Source of the DNA: Takakia lepidozioides
Lineage: Eukaryota; Plantae; Bryophyta
Assembly (NCBI GenBank): GCA_030704615.1
Contig: CM060733.1
Location: 9,982,001-10,046,000, forward strand
DNA length: 64,000 bases
Reading direction: 5' to 3'
Part shown: in pieces, positions 37,066 through 51,122 of the stretch
Position numbering within the stretch: position 1 is the stretch's first letter
Layout of the letters: every line of letters starts with the position of its first letter
The notes under the pieces: model-generated
Databases searched by the model: none
Seen by the model: only the letters and a program-made list of their open reading frames with translations
Told to the model about the DNA's origin: nothing
Position numbers and translations under genes: made by a program

Positions 37066-39496
37066 CTATCTACAAAAATTGGCAGATCTCAATCTCAGAG
37101 GATACATGAAAGAGTTGGAATATTCAAATTGGACAACTCCCCCGTGTATGAGAGGCTTACCCCCGTTCACTAGACAATCATTATACGCAACGCGTGTGAA
37201 GATGTTGGCATTGGGAGGAGGAGACGATGCAAACCAGCCACAATAGACGTGAATGTCTGCTGGGGCACAGTCAGACATACAAGTATTGAGTATCTGAACA
37301 CTGTACTGAGGGATGCCCGAAGAGCCATCACAGCTTTGGGATATGCTAATGTCTTTGTTTGCGCACTCATCTGCAATATACCACAACAATGGACAATCCA
37401 TCATTAATCTGACCATGATATTCTTTCCATAGCATGAACACTTGCAGATTCTACGCTAGTCTTGAGCATACAAGTGATACCATGATCTATTGAAGCAATG
37501 GAAGCTGGGCTTTACAACTGAACATGTACAGCATAGCCCTGAATCCCCGCTGAATACAGTCTGCCCCTTAGATATACATGAAGAAGGAAGAGGAGGCTGA
37601 GGTGCTAGCTACCCGAATCACACCAATTCAACGACTAGAGGCCTGGGATGAGATTAGGAAAGCAAATCTTCAGCATCAAAGAGCTGAAAAGGATCCTAGA
37701 CTGACCACTGTGGCCAGAGACAGGAGTTGATAGCTAGACTTGTTAGAAGCAACTACCCCGATGCTACTTCCACGCCGTCACAAACAGTGACAAGAAGTCC
37801 AGATATCTGTCAAAAATGAATATGCGAATTCATTCATGTATCCTCTAAGATTCAAATCAGCAAGTTTTGGCAAATAAAGTGGAATTTAAGAACTCAGTAA
37901 TCACAAATTAAATTCAGGACTTCGCCCCCAATTCCAGTTTCCACAATGAGATATATACTTGTTTCATCTGGAAAGCTCGTGTCTTCAACCGCAACACATA
38001 GAGTCCAAGGTGGGACGAAGAACTTACTTGATAACATTCGACGGTTTGCATATCTGGTCCTTGTTCCCTGGGCAACTTGTTCCTTCCCTTCTGAGCGTCG
38101 CATAGGTCCTTCCGACGATTGATTTGAAAATGCATGGTTACCCGGTGCTGAATATCTCCTCTCCAACTCTGCATTCGAGAAAACTAAGACTGAACATTTG
38201 CACGAAAACTTAAGATTTATATGTGTCACAATAAAATGAAGGTTGGCTGGCCAGGCATAGATCACGGATCAACTGCAAAACAGAAAATATCTACATTGGC
38301 ATGTCCCTAATTAATATCTACCTGGAATTTGCACAATGTCTCCTATATATGGTGCATTTAGTATTCCAGGCTCAAGATAGCGTCTTCTTGGCCATATGTC
38401 TGAATGATAAGAACCTAGGTAGTGAATTGTTGAAGGCTTTGAATGAAGGTCAGACCAGCGTACATATATATCCTTGAAGGACACACCAATGAGAAGGTCT
38501 GAATTAAGGCCAAGGTTCGCTGTATCTGTATCCATTTGATTGCCAAGTCTAGAGACGCTGGTTCAGCCAAATGACGGACATGACCAGTGGCACGAGGTTG
38601 ATGGTAGAGGTTCATCTGGATGCGAACGTGCTGCCACAGAAATTCATGTTGATGGTACATGACGATTGCATGTTTTCCCTCTCCTAGGTACTCTATCAAT
38701 CACACAGTGTGCCTGTCTAGAACGACCTGACCTATGAGCACGAGAACCAGGACGTACGATCGAACAACGTCAAAATAACTGGACATCCTTATATAAAATC
38801 TACCGTTTTCATGTAATTTAGCGGAATCTTCTAAGTGTGCTCTCAGTTGATATTGAGTTTATATGTCAAACTTTGTATGTACACATTTCGATCTACGTAA
38901 CAAGCCATCAGGCCTCTGGAAAATGAATTCGTTCACCTGGGAGGTTCATGAGGTCTGGTTTTCTCTGTAGCAGGTTACATATTGGGAGCTTCAGCTCTGA
39001 TACCCGTGGCCGAAATACAGCTCTTGAAATGTATTGTGAATGAGGTCCAAGGAGGAGCTTACCATCATGATCTAGCAGTCCACGATTTGAAAATTTTGAT
39101 CTACTGAAGAAATTCGCTGACTCTTGAGCGTGACGTAATCCGTTACTCCTAGTGCTGCTCGAAGACTCGAGTACCCCCTCCCAACCTGCACTCAGTGACA
39201 AGTGATAATGGTTTTACGTTCACGATGAAACATGTGATATATCTAAAACATTTGTAACGGATGAAGTGATCTCCACACACTTCTTCACTGGCTTTCCTAG
39301 CTCAATTCGAAGTGAATCATTCAAGACTTGTGAAAGAGTGAAGCTCTATGATATGACTTCCTCTGAAGTCCTACGAGGTTACGTAGGCATCAAGGGGCAA
39401 GTGCCAACCTGTGTGGTCGTACGCGCAGGTGAGAAGGGGAAGATCAATAAGCATTACGCACAGGAGCCTGACCAGCAGGCTGCATTTGGCACTCAT
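37066..39496 (-). CDS. TAPETUM DETERMINANT 1 (TPD1)-like secreted Cys-rich protein; last exon 37370-37066, upstream exons tentative (39496-39409, 39185-39063, 38168-38028 and perhaps others)
   Basis: C..KDISISQ..GIPQYSVQILNTC..C....IHVYCGWFAS..DCLVNGGKPL..FEYSNSFMYPL signature; hydrophobic N-terminal exon MSAKCSLLVRLLCVMLIDLPLLTCA. Confidence 0.8.
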
Positions 39497-41244
39497 TGCA
39501 GTAGTGCAGCTGACTGGTGAAGATGCAAAACAGAGGAGAGGCTCGACAGGTCCACTATGAATGCAGAAGTTAGCTGTCCCGACGGCACTTGATCCAACGG
39601 GGCATCAGTCTTCCACCCCTTTCCCTTACACCAACTACGTCTTTCTTTCTAATGCAGACTTGGAGAACCTTCACGTTTTTCTCAGTCATGACAATGATAT
39701 TGTACAGGTCTGTACCATACTTTTCGCGCTCGAAGGAAGGGACAGCTAGACAGACAGCGTGAGAAAGAAAGGTAAGAGAGTCTAACGTATGTGTCACTGT
39801 GCGAGACTGCAAAGGCAATTCTATAAGTTTGTCGTCAGTCGTGACGAAGAAAGAGAATGTGGCAATATTCCGCTCATATAGGATGAAGCAATGTCCAGAC
39901 CCGAAAGTACAGGGTGGAATCAAAGATGGCCGCAATTCAAGCAAGTAATGATATTGCAGAGGCAGTTCTAATAAAGAGAGAATCGCTCGACAGAGTTGGA
40001 CAGAATGGTGGAGAGAAATCTGATCCTGCAGTACTTGTCGCTATGGAAATGGAACTGCAGCTCAATAAGATCACTGTGAGATATAGCGTCCTTCCGGAGG
40101 AGATGTTGTATGAAGGAGAAGTATCTAGTACTGATAGCTTGCAAACCCCACAGCTCTTTGATACTGTAAACGCAGAGACATGTAGCGAGGGCGCATGAGA
40201 CGGTGCGACACTCGCATTCTCGTGTACTTTTCACGACCTTAGAACTTCCTTGTGATGGGAAGGCACGCAGACATGATGAGGAGGAGGCGCATGGGGATAG
40301 GCAGGCGAAAGTAAATACTAGTAATAGTGTGCGCGGTGATGCCGCAATGATTGCACAGTACACCTGGTAATTCCGATTAGCTGTCCCACTCCACTTACCT
40401 TTAATCCTAGTAACTACCCGCACACCAACTGAGACAGAATCTAGAATGAATCTCGTGCCGAATATTTAATTTTCAGATAATATCTAGAAATCATTTAGAA
40501 ATGAAGGAGCATCATCAGGCCTGCAAGGCCAAAACTGAGTGGACGAGTAGCGAGCGTGCCAGATGAATTGTGTGCAGAGAAACTGGCATGATGATGTCTG
40601 GTGAGCTGGATTGCATCTCAAGGTCGTTTGATCTCTAGTGACTATTTGTGCTCAGCAAAATCGGAAAGTAGAGTCGGACCAGTTATTTGAAAGCTTTGGT
40701 GGTTGTGGCCTTGTCGACATATCCTCTGGTTGAAGCCATAGCTGCGAACAGGTGCCCACTGGTGGTTTTACAGAGAAGTCCAAGATCACTGGTAGAAATA
40801 CGTGCATAGAAAGGAGGGTCTTTTGGATTGAGAGTTGGGCGAACCCTCCTTCCAGGGTGAAAGCAGAGATATCTGCTTTGACATAAGCACAATCCAGTGA
40901 TAGTTAGACTCCGTGTGGATCATGGAGCTCCAACAGGTATATAACTAGTTTCTATGATGATTGAGAGTTCCGAAACAGAGTATTGGTACAAGTTTTGGTA
41001 ACTAGTGAATGTAGTAGCGACCCTGGCCTGGACTGGAGGGATGTCTTTTGGAAGCACAAGTGTGAAGAGGCTTCGAAACGATATGGCCATATATTCTCCG
41101 AGTTTAAGTGGAAGGGTTTTAGCGAAGGTTTTTGATGAAAGGTGTTAATCAGAAACACTGGACCACGGCCTTTGAACGAGGATCACGAAAGGGAGAACCT
41201 TACCACATTTGAACTCCTCTGGAGTTTTTGAGGATGCGCAAGGA

Positions 41245-41390
41245 TGCATGTAAGGCCGGACAACTGACAGAGGCGCAGCACATTTTGAACCAATGCAACA
41301 AGGCATTTCTGCAGACTCCAATACTTATAAATTTGTCTCTTGCAGGAGTGCAGCAGAATCAAAGACAGAGAAAGAGGAAAACAGGTGAAT
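41245..41390 (+). pseudogene. Short degenerate copy of the start of the PPR-DYW main exon
   Basis: ATGTAAGGCCGGACAACTGACAGA..CACATTTTGAACCAA..AGACTCCAATACTTA matches 43939-44075. Confidence 0.7.
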
Positions 41391-42819
41391 GTGAATGTGA
41401 AAAATGATTATCGGGGCTTCATCCCCTTTAAAAAAAATATTCGGACAAGATTAGTGAATCTTAGGTCTATTCGAAGGACAGCAAGTTGAATGCGAGAAGC
41501 CTTCTTGAACCAGCAAGAAGTGGTCGGGTATCGGGTTTCGGGGATAGAGACCCTGCGCTGAATCCAATACGGCAGACAAAGATGGCAAATACTGATCATG
41601 TATCAACAAGCTGCATCCGTGCACGGCCCACAGACTCCGCAGATGTCCCGAGCAATTCTTCCACAACATGGATGCAGCTGCTTTCCATTGCATTTCCAAG
41701 GAATGCAGCAGCAAAAGAATGGAGGTCACACCGGCATTTCTACAATGCACTGCACCACGCACTCAATCGCAGATGCTGCTAGTCTGCCATGGCCCCCTCC
41801 CTGCTCTCCTCTTTGCAGTGTCCTCGCTACTGTTTTCAGCCTAAAAACCCACGACCCCAATGTGACGATCAAAGTGATGGTTTGATGTGATACCTAGGGG
41901 TGGGGAGTTAAGGTTTTGCTACCTGCTTGGCTCACTCTTGAAGGTGAAGGGGAATTCATTGAGGAGTTGGAGAAGGATCAGCCCTGCAGCGCACACGGTA
42001 AGCATGACACTTATGCCTGCCTTGCGCCGATCCCTCAGGGCATTCCTCGCCTCCTCTCAGTCACGTCATCCAGGGATCTCAGGGGCGTCTAACAGGCCTG
42101 CACGATGCTATACTGCTTGCAGGCTTGGTCCTATTCCAGAAAGGTGTTGGCTGAACACTGTGTACCACCCTCTGCATTTTCCAAACCGTATGTCTGTGTC
42201 AAACAGTGTCAAGAAAGTTGCAGAGCAGTGGGGACCAATGGAGGAGGTCTGTGGACAGTGGGATGAGCGAGGAAGCCATCTGGACCTAGATAGCAAGCCG
42301 TGGACATGCCCACCGGCAGTCACATTCAGCAGGAAATTTGACAGTACATTGCACCTCATCAGCGGTGACATGGAGGTGAAGTACTTGGAAACTGCAAAAG
42401 TATTGTCGTTTGACGTGACGAAAACTTCTACCAAAACAGATATTCTCAGCTGGTAAGCTTTTTTTGTTTTCAAACAGCGGTGAGCCTTCTTCTCTAAGGA
42501 TGAGGGAGAAAGAGACACGGGTAGGTGAGGTACAAGGGGTCCTCTCTTGTGTAGTAAATTGGAGAAATAGGGCAGATTAGGATGCTTCATGATTGTAAAG
42601 GTTAGAGATCAACGAGGTCCAGTACCAAATAGCAGGTAGGGATTGTGTATGTGTTGGTGGGTTGTTCAAATTGTGGTTCCTAAAGTGCTATGGCAGTGAT
42701 AATGGCAAATTTGTTTTAAATTATTATTCGTACTTCCATTGTCACTCTTAGTGGTAGTTGATAAAGAGCAGGTTGAGATCGCAGGTCGGAGTTGGATAAT
42801 TGGGATCCGCTGGCTGAGA

Positions 42820-45800
42820 ATGCAGGGGACCATGTGGAGAAAGGGGTTATCATATATGTTCAAGCACCTCTCGTTCTGGACTGTTGTCTCAGCAACCTCG
42901 ATACTCCTCAGAAAAGTGCCAAGGCTCGTATTACTTCCATTTCAAATTCCCTGTAACTTGATTGTCACTGACTGTGTTATGGAGATCTCAGCTGTCCCCA
43001 ATATCATCCCTCTTCATGTCTGTTTTAGGATGACCCTCAGAGGTGATGCTTGGCAACAGTCAACAACCCACATTCTCTCCCCTTTTTGTGAATGTGAAGT
43101 GCCCTGGCACTGTCGATATGGACACAGGATGTCATATCGGGAGCAGTATGACAAGTTGGCCTAGTGTCCACATGCTGGGCGGACAAAACCGCACAGACCA
43201 ATCCTGGGATGGTTAGTATCCTGTGAGGAGTAGCCCTTCAAGGGCAAGCCATAGCTAACCCTTGCAATGGCGTAGTATTTGCTCACCTTTTTATGGTCTT
43301 GCAAGCAATCCAGCATACACACTCGTCTGGTTGGTTGGGTTGGGGTGGTTGCTCTGTAAATTATGCGTTGCTATGTAGCTACTTGCAGTGAGGGGGAAGA
43401 TCTCTGCATTTTTTTTGTGTAGGCAGGGATCACTGAAGGAGATAGGGATGGAGTCTGGGTGCAGATCAATCCCAGAGGACCAGATGTCAGAAACAAGAAT
43501 ATCAATGAGCCACTATGGATTGATAGCCACAAGAAACCTGGGCAAAAGTCTGCAGCTAGTGCTGCTGGATGTGGATTGCAAGGGTACTTCCCAGTATAAC
43601 AGCTTCTCTTTCACAAATGTAGACTGGCAGAGTTGTGATCTCTCTGTCAGTTGCATGAGGTGTTCTCCTGAGTTATTGCACTATGATTTTCATGAGGGGA
43701 GACGGAGTGACTAGGAGCCTCCTCATGATTGTTGATGAGTGTAGGAGCTTTGAGATGTATTCTGAGTTGTAGTTTTAGGGTTTAAAACTAACAGTTATGA
43801 CTCGTGCAGGAAGGCAGGGTTGCATCAGGCTCAGTTTTTTGAATCAGCCAGCTCTATCGTGACCTCTGATACTGGAAGGCGACCAAGGGAGGGAGTCTAT
43901 AAGAGCTCTTCTAGAATTTATGGGGATTTGAGGTCACTATGTATGGCCGGACAACTGAAAGATGCACTGCACATTCTGAACCAAGGAGGGATTTCAGTGG
44001 ACTCCAGTACTTACATCTACCTTTTGCGGGAGTGCAGCAAATTTGAAGACCTTGAAATGGGAAAGCAGGTGCACAACCACATTATCCAAAGTGGATTAAA
44101 GCCAGACATGTTTCTACTTAATACTATTGTCCACATGTATGCCAAATGCAGGAGCATGGTGGATGCACACCTAGTGATGGACAAAATGCCTGAACGAAAT
44201 ATGTTTACGTGGACTATAATGATGACAGGATATGTGAAGCATGGGTGTGGTATGGAGGCTTTCAAGATTTACGAGCACATGATACATGAAGGAGTGAGGC
44301 CCGACAACGTCACGTTCATTTGCGTTCTCAAGGCGTGTGCCAGCCTTGCAGCCCTGGATAAGGGCAAAGCGGTCCATGCTGACATCATCAAAGCTGGAAT
44401 TTCTCCAGATATTACTGTGGAGAATACCCTACTTCACATGTACGCGAAATGCGGGAGCGTAAAAGATGCACGTCAAGTGTTCGACAATATAGCTCAACCA
44501 GATGTGGTCTCATGGAGTGCAATGATTGCAGGATATGCTCAGCATGGGTGCGGTCAGGAGGCTTTGGAGATTTATGAGAAAATGAATACAAGAGGGGTGA
44601 CACCCAACAATGTCACATTTGTTTGTGTTCTCAATGCGTGTGCCAGCCTAGCAGCTCTGGAAAAGGGCAAAGAGGTCCATGCTGATATCATCAAAGCTGG
44701 AATTGTGCCAAATATGTTTCTGGAGACTGCCCTCGTCGACATGTATGCCAAGTGTGGCAACATGAAGGATGCGCGTCAAGTATTCGACAAAATGGCTTAT
44801 CGAGATGTGGTCTCCTGGAATGCATTGATAGCAGCATATGCTCAGCATGAGTGTGGTCATGAGGCTTTCAAGATCTATGAGCAAATGATAAGGAATGGGA
44901 TAATCCCCACAAAGGTCACATTTGTATGCATTCTCAATGCATGCGCCAGCCTGGCAGCACTGGAGAAGGGGAAAAAGGTCCATGCTGACATTAGCAAAGC
45001 TGGAATTGCACCTGATATCATTCTGGAGACTGCTCTTGCAGCCATGTATGCAAGATGCGGGAACATGAAGGATGCTCGTCAAGTGTTTGATAATATGGCT
45101 CAACGAAATGTGGTCTCATGGAATGCGATGATCACAGGATATGCTCAGCAAGGGTGTGGTATGGAGGCTTTCAACACGTATAAGCAAATGGTACGGGAAG
45201 GAGTGACGCCTGACAAAATCACATTCATTTGCGTTCTCAATGCATGTGCTGGCCTGGCAGCCCTGGAAAAGGGCATAGAGGTCCATGCTGACATCCTCCA
45301 AGCTGGAATCGCTACAGATATCAACTTAGAGACTACCCTCGTGGATATGTATGCCAAATCAGGGAGCATGAAGGATGCACGTAGAGAATTCGACAATATG
45401 GCTCATCACAATGTGGCCTCATGGAATGCAATGATTGCAGGCTATGCTCAGCATGGGTGTGGACGCGAGGCCCTCCGACTATTTGGACAAATGCAACAGG
45501 AGGGCTCGAAACCCGATGGCATTACCTTTGTGTGTGTTCTTTCTGTATGTAGCCATGCAGGCCTAGTGGATGAAGGCTGCCACTTCTTTGGTTCCATGAG
45601 TCAAGATCATTGCCTCACACCTGCAGCAGAACATTTTGGCTGTATGGTGGACCTTCTTGCCCGTGCGGGCCGATTGGATGAGGCAGAGAACTTCATCAAC
45701 AGAATGCCGATTGAACCAGATGTTGCAGTGTTGGGGGCCTTGCTGGGTGCCTGCAGAGTTCATAGCAATGTGGACGTAGCAGAACGTGTGGCAACATTGC

Positions 45801-46336
45801 TTTTCAAAACGGATCCACAGGATGCTGCAAGTTATGTGCTACTCTCAAACATCTATGCTGCTGCTGGAAGGTGGGACGATGCAGCAAAGATTAGGAAAAT
45901 GATGCATGATAGAGGTATTAGAAAGGAGCCTGGGCGCTGCTGCATTGAGGTGGACAACCAGGTGCATACTTTTGTTGTAGACGATAACGTGCATCCACGG
46001 ATTGAGGAAATCCATGCTGAGCTAAAACGATTGTCTGGGAGGATGAAGGATGCCGGGTACGTGCCTGACACACAGTTTGTATTGCGTGATTTGGAGGAGG
46101 CGCAAAAAGAATTTTCTCTCTGCCATCACAGTGAAAGGCTGGCCATTGCTTTTGGTCTGATCAGCACGCCAACAGCGATGCCTATCCGCATTATCAAGAA
46201 CCTTCGTGTATGTGGTGACTGCCACACCGCCACCAAGTTCATCTCAAAGATTTCTGGGCGAGAAATTGTTGTGCGGGATGCCAACCGCTTTCACCACTTT
46301 CAAGATGGGGTTTGTTCTTGTGGGGAATACTGGTGA
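42820..46336 (+). CDS. PLS-class PPR protein with E/E+ and DYW deaminase domains (C-to-U organellar RNA editing factor); main exon 43810-46336, tentative upstream exons 42820-42927 and 43423-43583
   Basis: Repeated P-L-S triplets (VSWNAMIAGYAQHG, TFVCVLNACASL, LVDMYAKCG), PG box KEPG, HSERLA, CGDCH and a GEYW terminus. The N-terminus resembles a basic transit peptide. Confidence 0.93.
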
Positions 46337-46789
46337 AACAAGCAATATACAGGAAGGCATCACTTGAAACACAAGACGAAAAAGTGGTACTGGCAAACCA
46401 ATTTGTGATTGGTTATGAGTCAGTACTTCTCTTTTTTTCCAGTATGATAATTGAAAAGCAGCAGCAAAGTCATAGAAGACCTCCTTTCACAGTTGACAGT
46501 GTCAGTGGACATGAAGAAATCTTGAATTCGCTTTTCTGGGTCTCTAACTGGTCATGTCTGAGCATTCCGCGATGCAATGGCTTATCCCAGCGGGAGCTGC
46601 GTAATCAGCACCCTAATTACACCAGTTGAGTGTCATGCCCACGAAAGAGTGAAGGAGAAAAGAGGAAAGAAGGGAGCTTTTCCTTCCTTGCGGCCATAAG
46701 CAGGAGCAGCAGAGATTTTCAGGCACCTCGACCAAGACCACTACTTTCGGAAGAGGGCAAAGAGAGGGAGTCTGCAAGAACTCTCCTGG

Positions 46790-47835
46790 CACTTGGGAGG
46801 ACGTGAGGACACTATGTACAGCAGGAGAACAGAAAGATGGCACTGCACACTCTTAAACCAAGGAGGCATTTCAGCTGACTAACACACTTATGCCTATATC
46901 TCTTGCAGGAGTGCATCAAGATGATAGGCAGAGGGAAAGCAGGTGGATGCCACATTATTGAAAGTGGGTCAAGCCAAATATAGTTTATACGACACTGACG
47001 CCAACCTGTATATGAAGTGCAGGATCCTCATGGATGTGTGCCTAGTGTTTGACGTAATGCAATAACGTGATGTGTTTTTTTGGACTACTGGTGGGGGCAT
47101 ATTCCAAGCTTAGATGTGGCAGGGAGGCTTTGAGATCTATAAGCAAATGATACTGGAATGGGTAATGCCTGAGAGTGCACGTTTGTTTTTGTTCTCAACC
47201 CAGCTGGGACATGCAAAGACATTCATAAAAGCCAGCATTGGGTGAGATATCATCCTGGAGACAAATTTCGAACCATGAAGGATGCATGTGATGTGTTTGC
47301 CCATATGGCTCAATGGCCAGTGATCTCATGGAATGTGACAATTGCAGGATATACTCAGGATACGGTCAGCATGACAGTACCAGGGAGGCCTTCAAGATTT
47401 ATGAGAGATTGATTTGGGAGAAAGCCACGCCAAACCAAACAATGTCACATTTAGTGGGATCCTCAAGGTGTGTGCCAAGTGAGGAGCCCTCAAAAGGGCA
47501 AAGAAGTCCAAGCTCACGTCATTAAGGCCGGAGTCAAGCCAAATATATGTATGCAGAATTCCCTCACCAACATTTATCCCAAATGTGGGAAAATGAACTC
47601 TTGAGTCCTGCTGACACTATGGCTGCGTGAAATATGGTCTCATAGAATGTGATGATTGGAGGATATGGTCAGCATGGGTAGTGGTATGGAGGCATTGGAA
47701 ACCAATGAACAATTCATAGGGGAAAGGGGCCCACTAGGTCACTTTCATTTGCATATGCAAACTTGGCAGCCCTGGAAAAGGGTAAAGAGGTCTATGCTGA
47801 TATCATCATAGCCAGATCACTCCGGAGAATATACT
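46790..47835 (+). pseudogene. Heavily degraded tandem duplicate of the PPR gene
   Basis: Colinear similarity to 43925-44750 (e.g. GCAGCCCTGGAAAAGGGTAAAGAGGTCTATGCTGATATCATCA) with many stops and indels. Confidence 0.85.
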
Positions 47836-50800
47836 GACCTGGTTGGTGTTTACTGTTGTGATACTATGGAAAAGAAGTACTGGCTCTTTCCAATACCTAT
47901 ATCAACACCCGAGCTAGGCGAAGGGAAAAGAAATGACCACGCACCTTATGCATACTCCTTATGGAGTTGAGGGTTCATGTGGCCATGAAGAAGACATGGA
48001 CTGTTTGAGGGAGTATGAGGGTGTGATAGGTGAGGGGAAGGGGACAGGCATGTCAAGGAGTTTTCCTGTGTCGGCAGACAAAATGACCAACAACCATGGG
48101 GATCTCATTCCATGTTTGCCAACGATCAGGCTTAATGGGTGAACATGTACAAACTATGCATATGAGAAGGGCTGTTGCACACAATTTTCTTTTCTATGTA
48201 TACTTGGAAGCTTGTAAGTTGATCTGTGCATTGCCACAATCTACGGATTGAATGAGTGGATCCGTGCTACAATCCGGTTGAAGGGTGCAGGAAATTCTCT
48301 CTCTGCAATATACTATCTCTGATATAACAATCCAGTTGCTTGTTTTTGACTGATTTTTCATGTCAAAAATCAGACTAGGGGTTAGAGTACGCCATTTTAA
48401 CCTGTATTGCACTACAATGTCGATTCAACTGAGATGAATATTGTCGATTCATCACAAGGTTTAATCGACTCGCTCCAATCAACAAAGGAGGTGTCAAGGC
48501 TATAGTCCTTGCATGGCACACTAAGGACTGAACCACCTAGGACCTTTTCCATTCCGGTGGGGTGCTTTACCATTGAGCTACCCGTCTTATTTTGTTCTCA
48601 CTGAGACACGAAGAAATACAAATAAAAAGACCGAATGTGACAAATGAAAGATAAGACATCGTATGCATAATGAAGATACAACATACATTGTACATAGAAC
48701 TAGTCTACATAAGCTAAGAATGATGCTACTGGTTTAGTCGATGCTCGACCTCCACAACCTCGGATAGTAGTGGATGATGAAGGCTCGATATCCGCATCAG
48801 GTGCGAGAGGTTGTGCACGCTTCTTTGACCGGCCAAATACATGACGGTGAGCCTCTACCTCGGAAGCCATCGCGGTCAATGGTCGATCTCTCACCAATAG
48901 TCTCCGCTGTATACACCATGAACAAGAAGCTTAATATTTTTATGCAAAACAAATGAATGCGTCATAATGCAATGATATTGGTCCTTGGTGTATAAGGGTG
49001 CGCTCTTGTGCAACTCGCCGATTACCCAATTGCGAAACAACTGTTGCACTTGTGCAGGTGTGGTAAGTCCCTCTCCATGTACCCGTGTCAACTCCGTAGC
49101 TTCATCAAGGGTGATCTTGCAGCCTCGAAATGACTCCCTCAAAGTATGCTTCACGTTCGACTCCAACCATATGCACCGTTTGTAATTCTTCAATTCAAAA
49201 ATCAACCAAACATTAGTACAACTCATTAGTACAATCACATTAGTATAATATTTTTTAAATTGCTCAACATAATAATGCAACAATAGAAGGATGTACGTAC
49301 ATGAAATTACTAGGATAAGATTGTCTAAATCAGTCGCAACTTGATAGACTGGGCTCTCGTCTCAGCATCAAGGCACATACGATCCCACTCCGCGATCTAC
49401 ATGATAATGTCATTTTGTTAGCAAAATTATCACAATATAAGACGATGATACATCATAGTCATATATATGTCAATAATGTCAATTAGTCCGAATGTTACCT
49501 GAGGTATGGTTGCATCCGGTCCTCCTCGACGAGCCCCTTGCGCCGTACGCAAGTTCTTCATCTCTTTGTGCTTTCTCTCTAACACCTCATTCTTCATGCG
49601 AGCAATAGTAACACTTTCAGGCAATAGTGCCGCAATCTAACCCGTATGTGCACCTTGTACGTGAATATATGACGTCATCGTGTCTCCTATGGCCATGGAC
49701 GCATGCCACATGATGAACTTCTTGCACAAGAAACCAATACAGACATAATGTTACAACTATGGTTTATGTAATAACATCCATCCATCCACAAAAAATGGCA
49801 AAAAACAATAAGCCCAAAGTACCTATCATCTCCAGTAGGCTGAAATGTGCCTAGCAACCATGGATCATAACGCTGTTGAAGACTGTCAAACCGCTTGTAA
49901 GAGTCCCACATTTGTCGAGTATGATGAAATCATCATGGAGTCGGTAATCCGTCTATGACCAGTATCCATCACCATTCATGTTCGGTTGTTAAAAATACAT
50001 ATATGTTGCAAGACATAATTTTAAAAATGGAGCCCCAGTATGTAAACCTGGAAGAATTAGATATTTACCAACAAAAGCTAATGTTGTGTCAATATCATGT
50101 TGGAGATGGACCCGTCTGATTGTCCATACAAAATATCAGAGTACTGGTGTCTTTGTGTGCATGAGTATCCACTCGACAACCGATCAGGATTGACAAGTCT
50201 ATGAACGTTCAACATTAGGAACAAACTATAATGTGAAAAATTGAATCTTTTTCGATATAATGACAAAGTATACAATGTCAAATATATGGAAAAAAAAAAT
50301 ACCAAAATATCTCACCGTCAAGATATTGTAAATACGTGTGAAGCGACTAGGGCCCTCTCAAAGAGGCATTGTCTTGTCAGCTTCATGTGCTATCCTTTGC
50401 AGATGTCGCATCATCTTCAAGACAGTACGAATGATGGCACGTTGTGCATAATAGGCTAGTCAACTCATCGGAGGCGGAGTCACCTACATTGCACGCGATC
50501 AGATTTTATCAACTTAAATGACATGACTATGCCGACTCATAAATGATTCATGTCGGACAATCCTAATTTACATTATACAAATTTTATTTTATTCTAGCAT
50601 AAAATAAATAAATAAATTTAAATAAAAATGATAGTACACCAGGACAATGGCTCGAGACACACACAACTTTGACTGTGTAGCAAAAACAAAATACATTTGA
50701 TGAGTTTTATACGGTCCATAGCCCAGTCTCGCAAAACAACCACATGTGAATGTTCCGATATGTGTTGGTGATCAATGATGGACATATCAATTGGCACCCC

Positions 50801-51122
50801 TTAGGTTTATTTTTTGCCACATGTATCGAATAATCATACAACTTGATATCACATTCCAAAAATTCAATGTATAACATTTTGAGCTTGAAACTTATGATCG
50901 GAACTCACCAAAAAAGTGTCCATTCGAGTAGTATTGAATCGCCACAGATAGAATGGTGTCATTGGGTAAAACAACATACTCATACGTGGCTTGACCATGA
51001 AGGTGGACACCTTTGTGACACCAATCAGTGGTTTGAACCCACAACCACTTCCGAGGTGGTATATGTCCATTACCATGTACATTATATTTTATTTATGTAC
51101 TACAAAATCTTCCTACCTTTAG

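Noticed and set aside
47818-47835. CACTCCGGAGAAT as a CACTA left terminus
   Set aside because: It aligns to PPR sequence CCAGATATTACTGTGGAGAATAC (44405-44427) and does not match the 53587 end or share a TSD.
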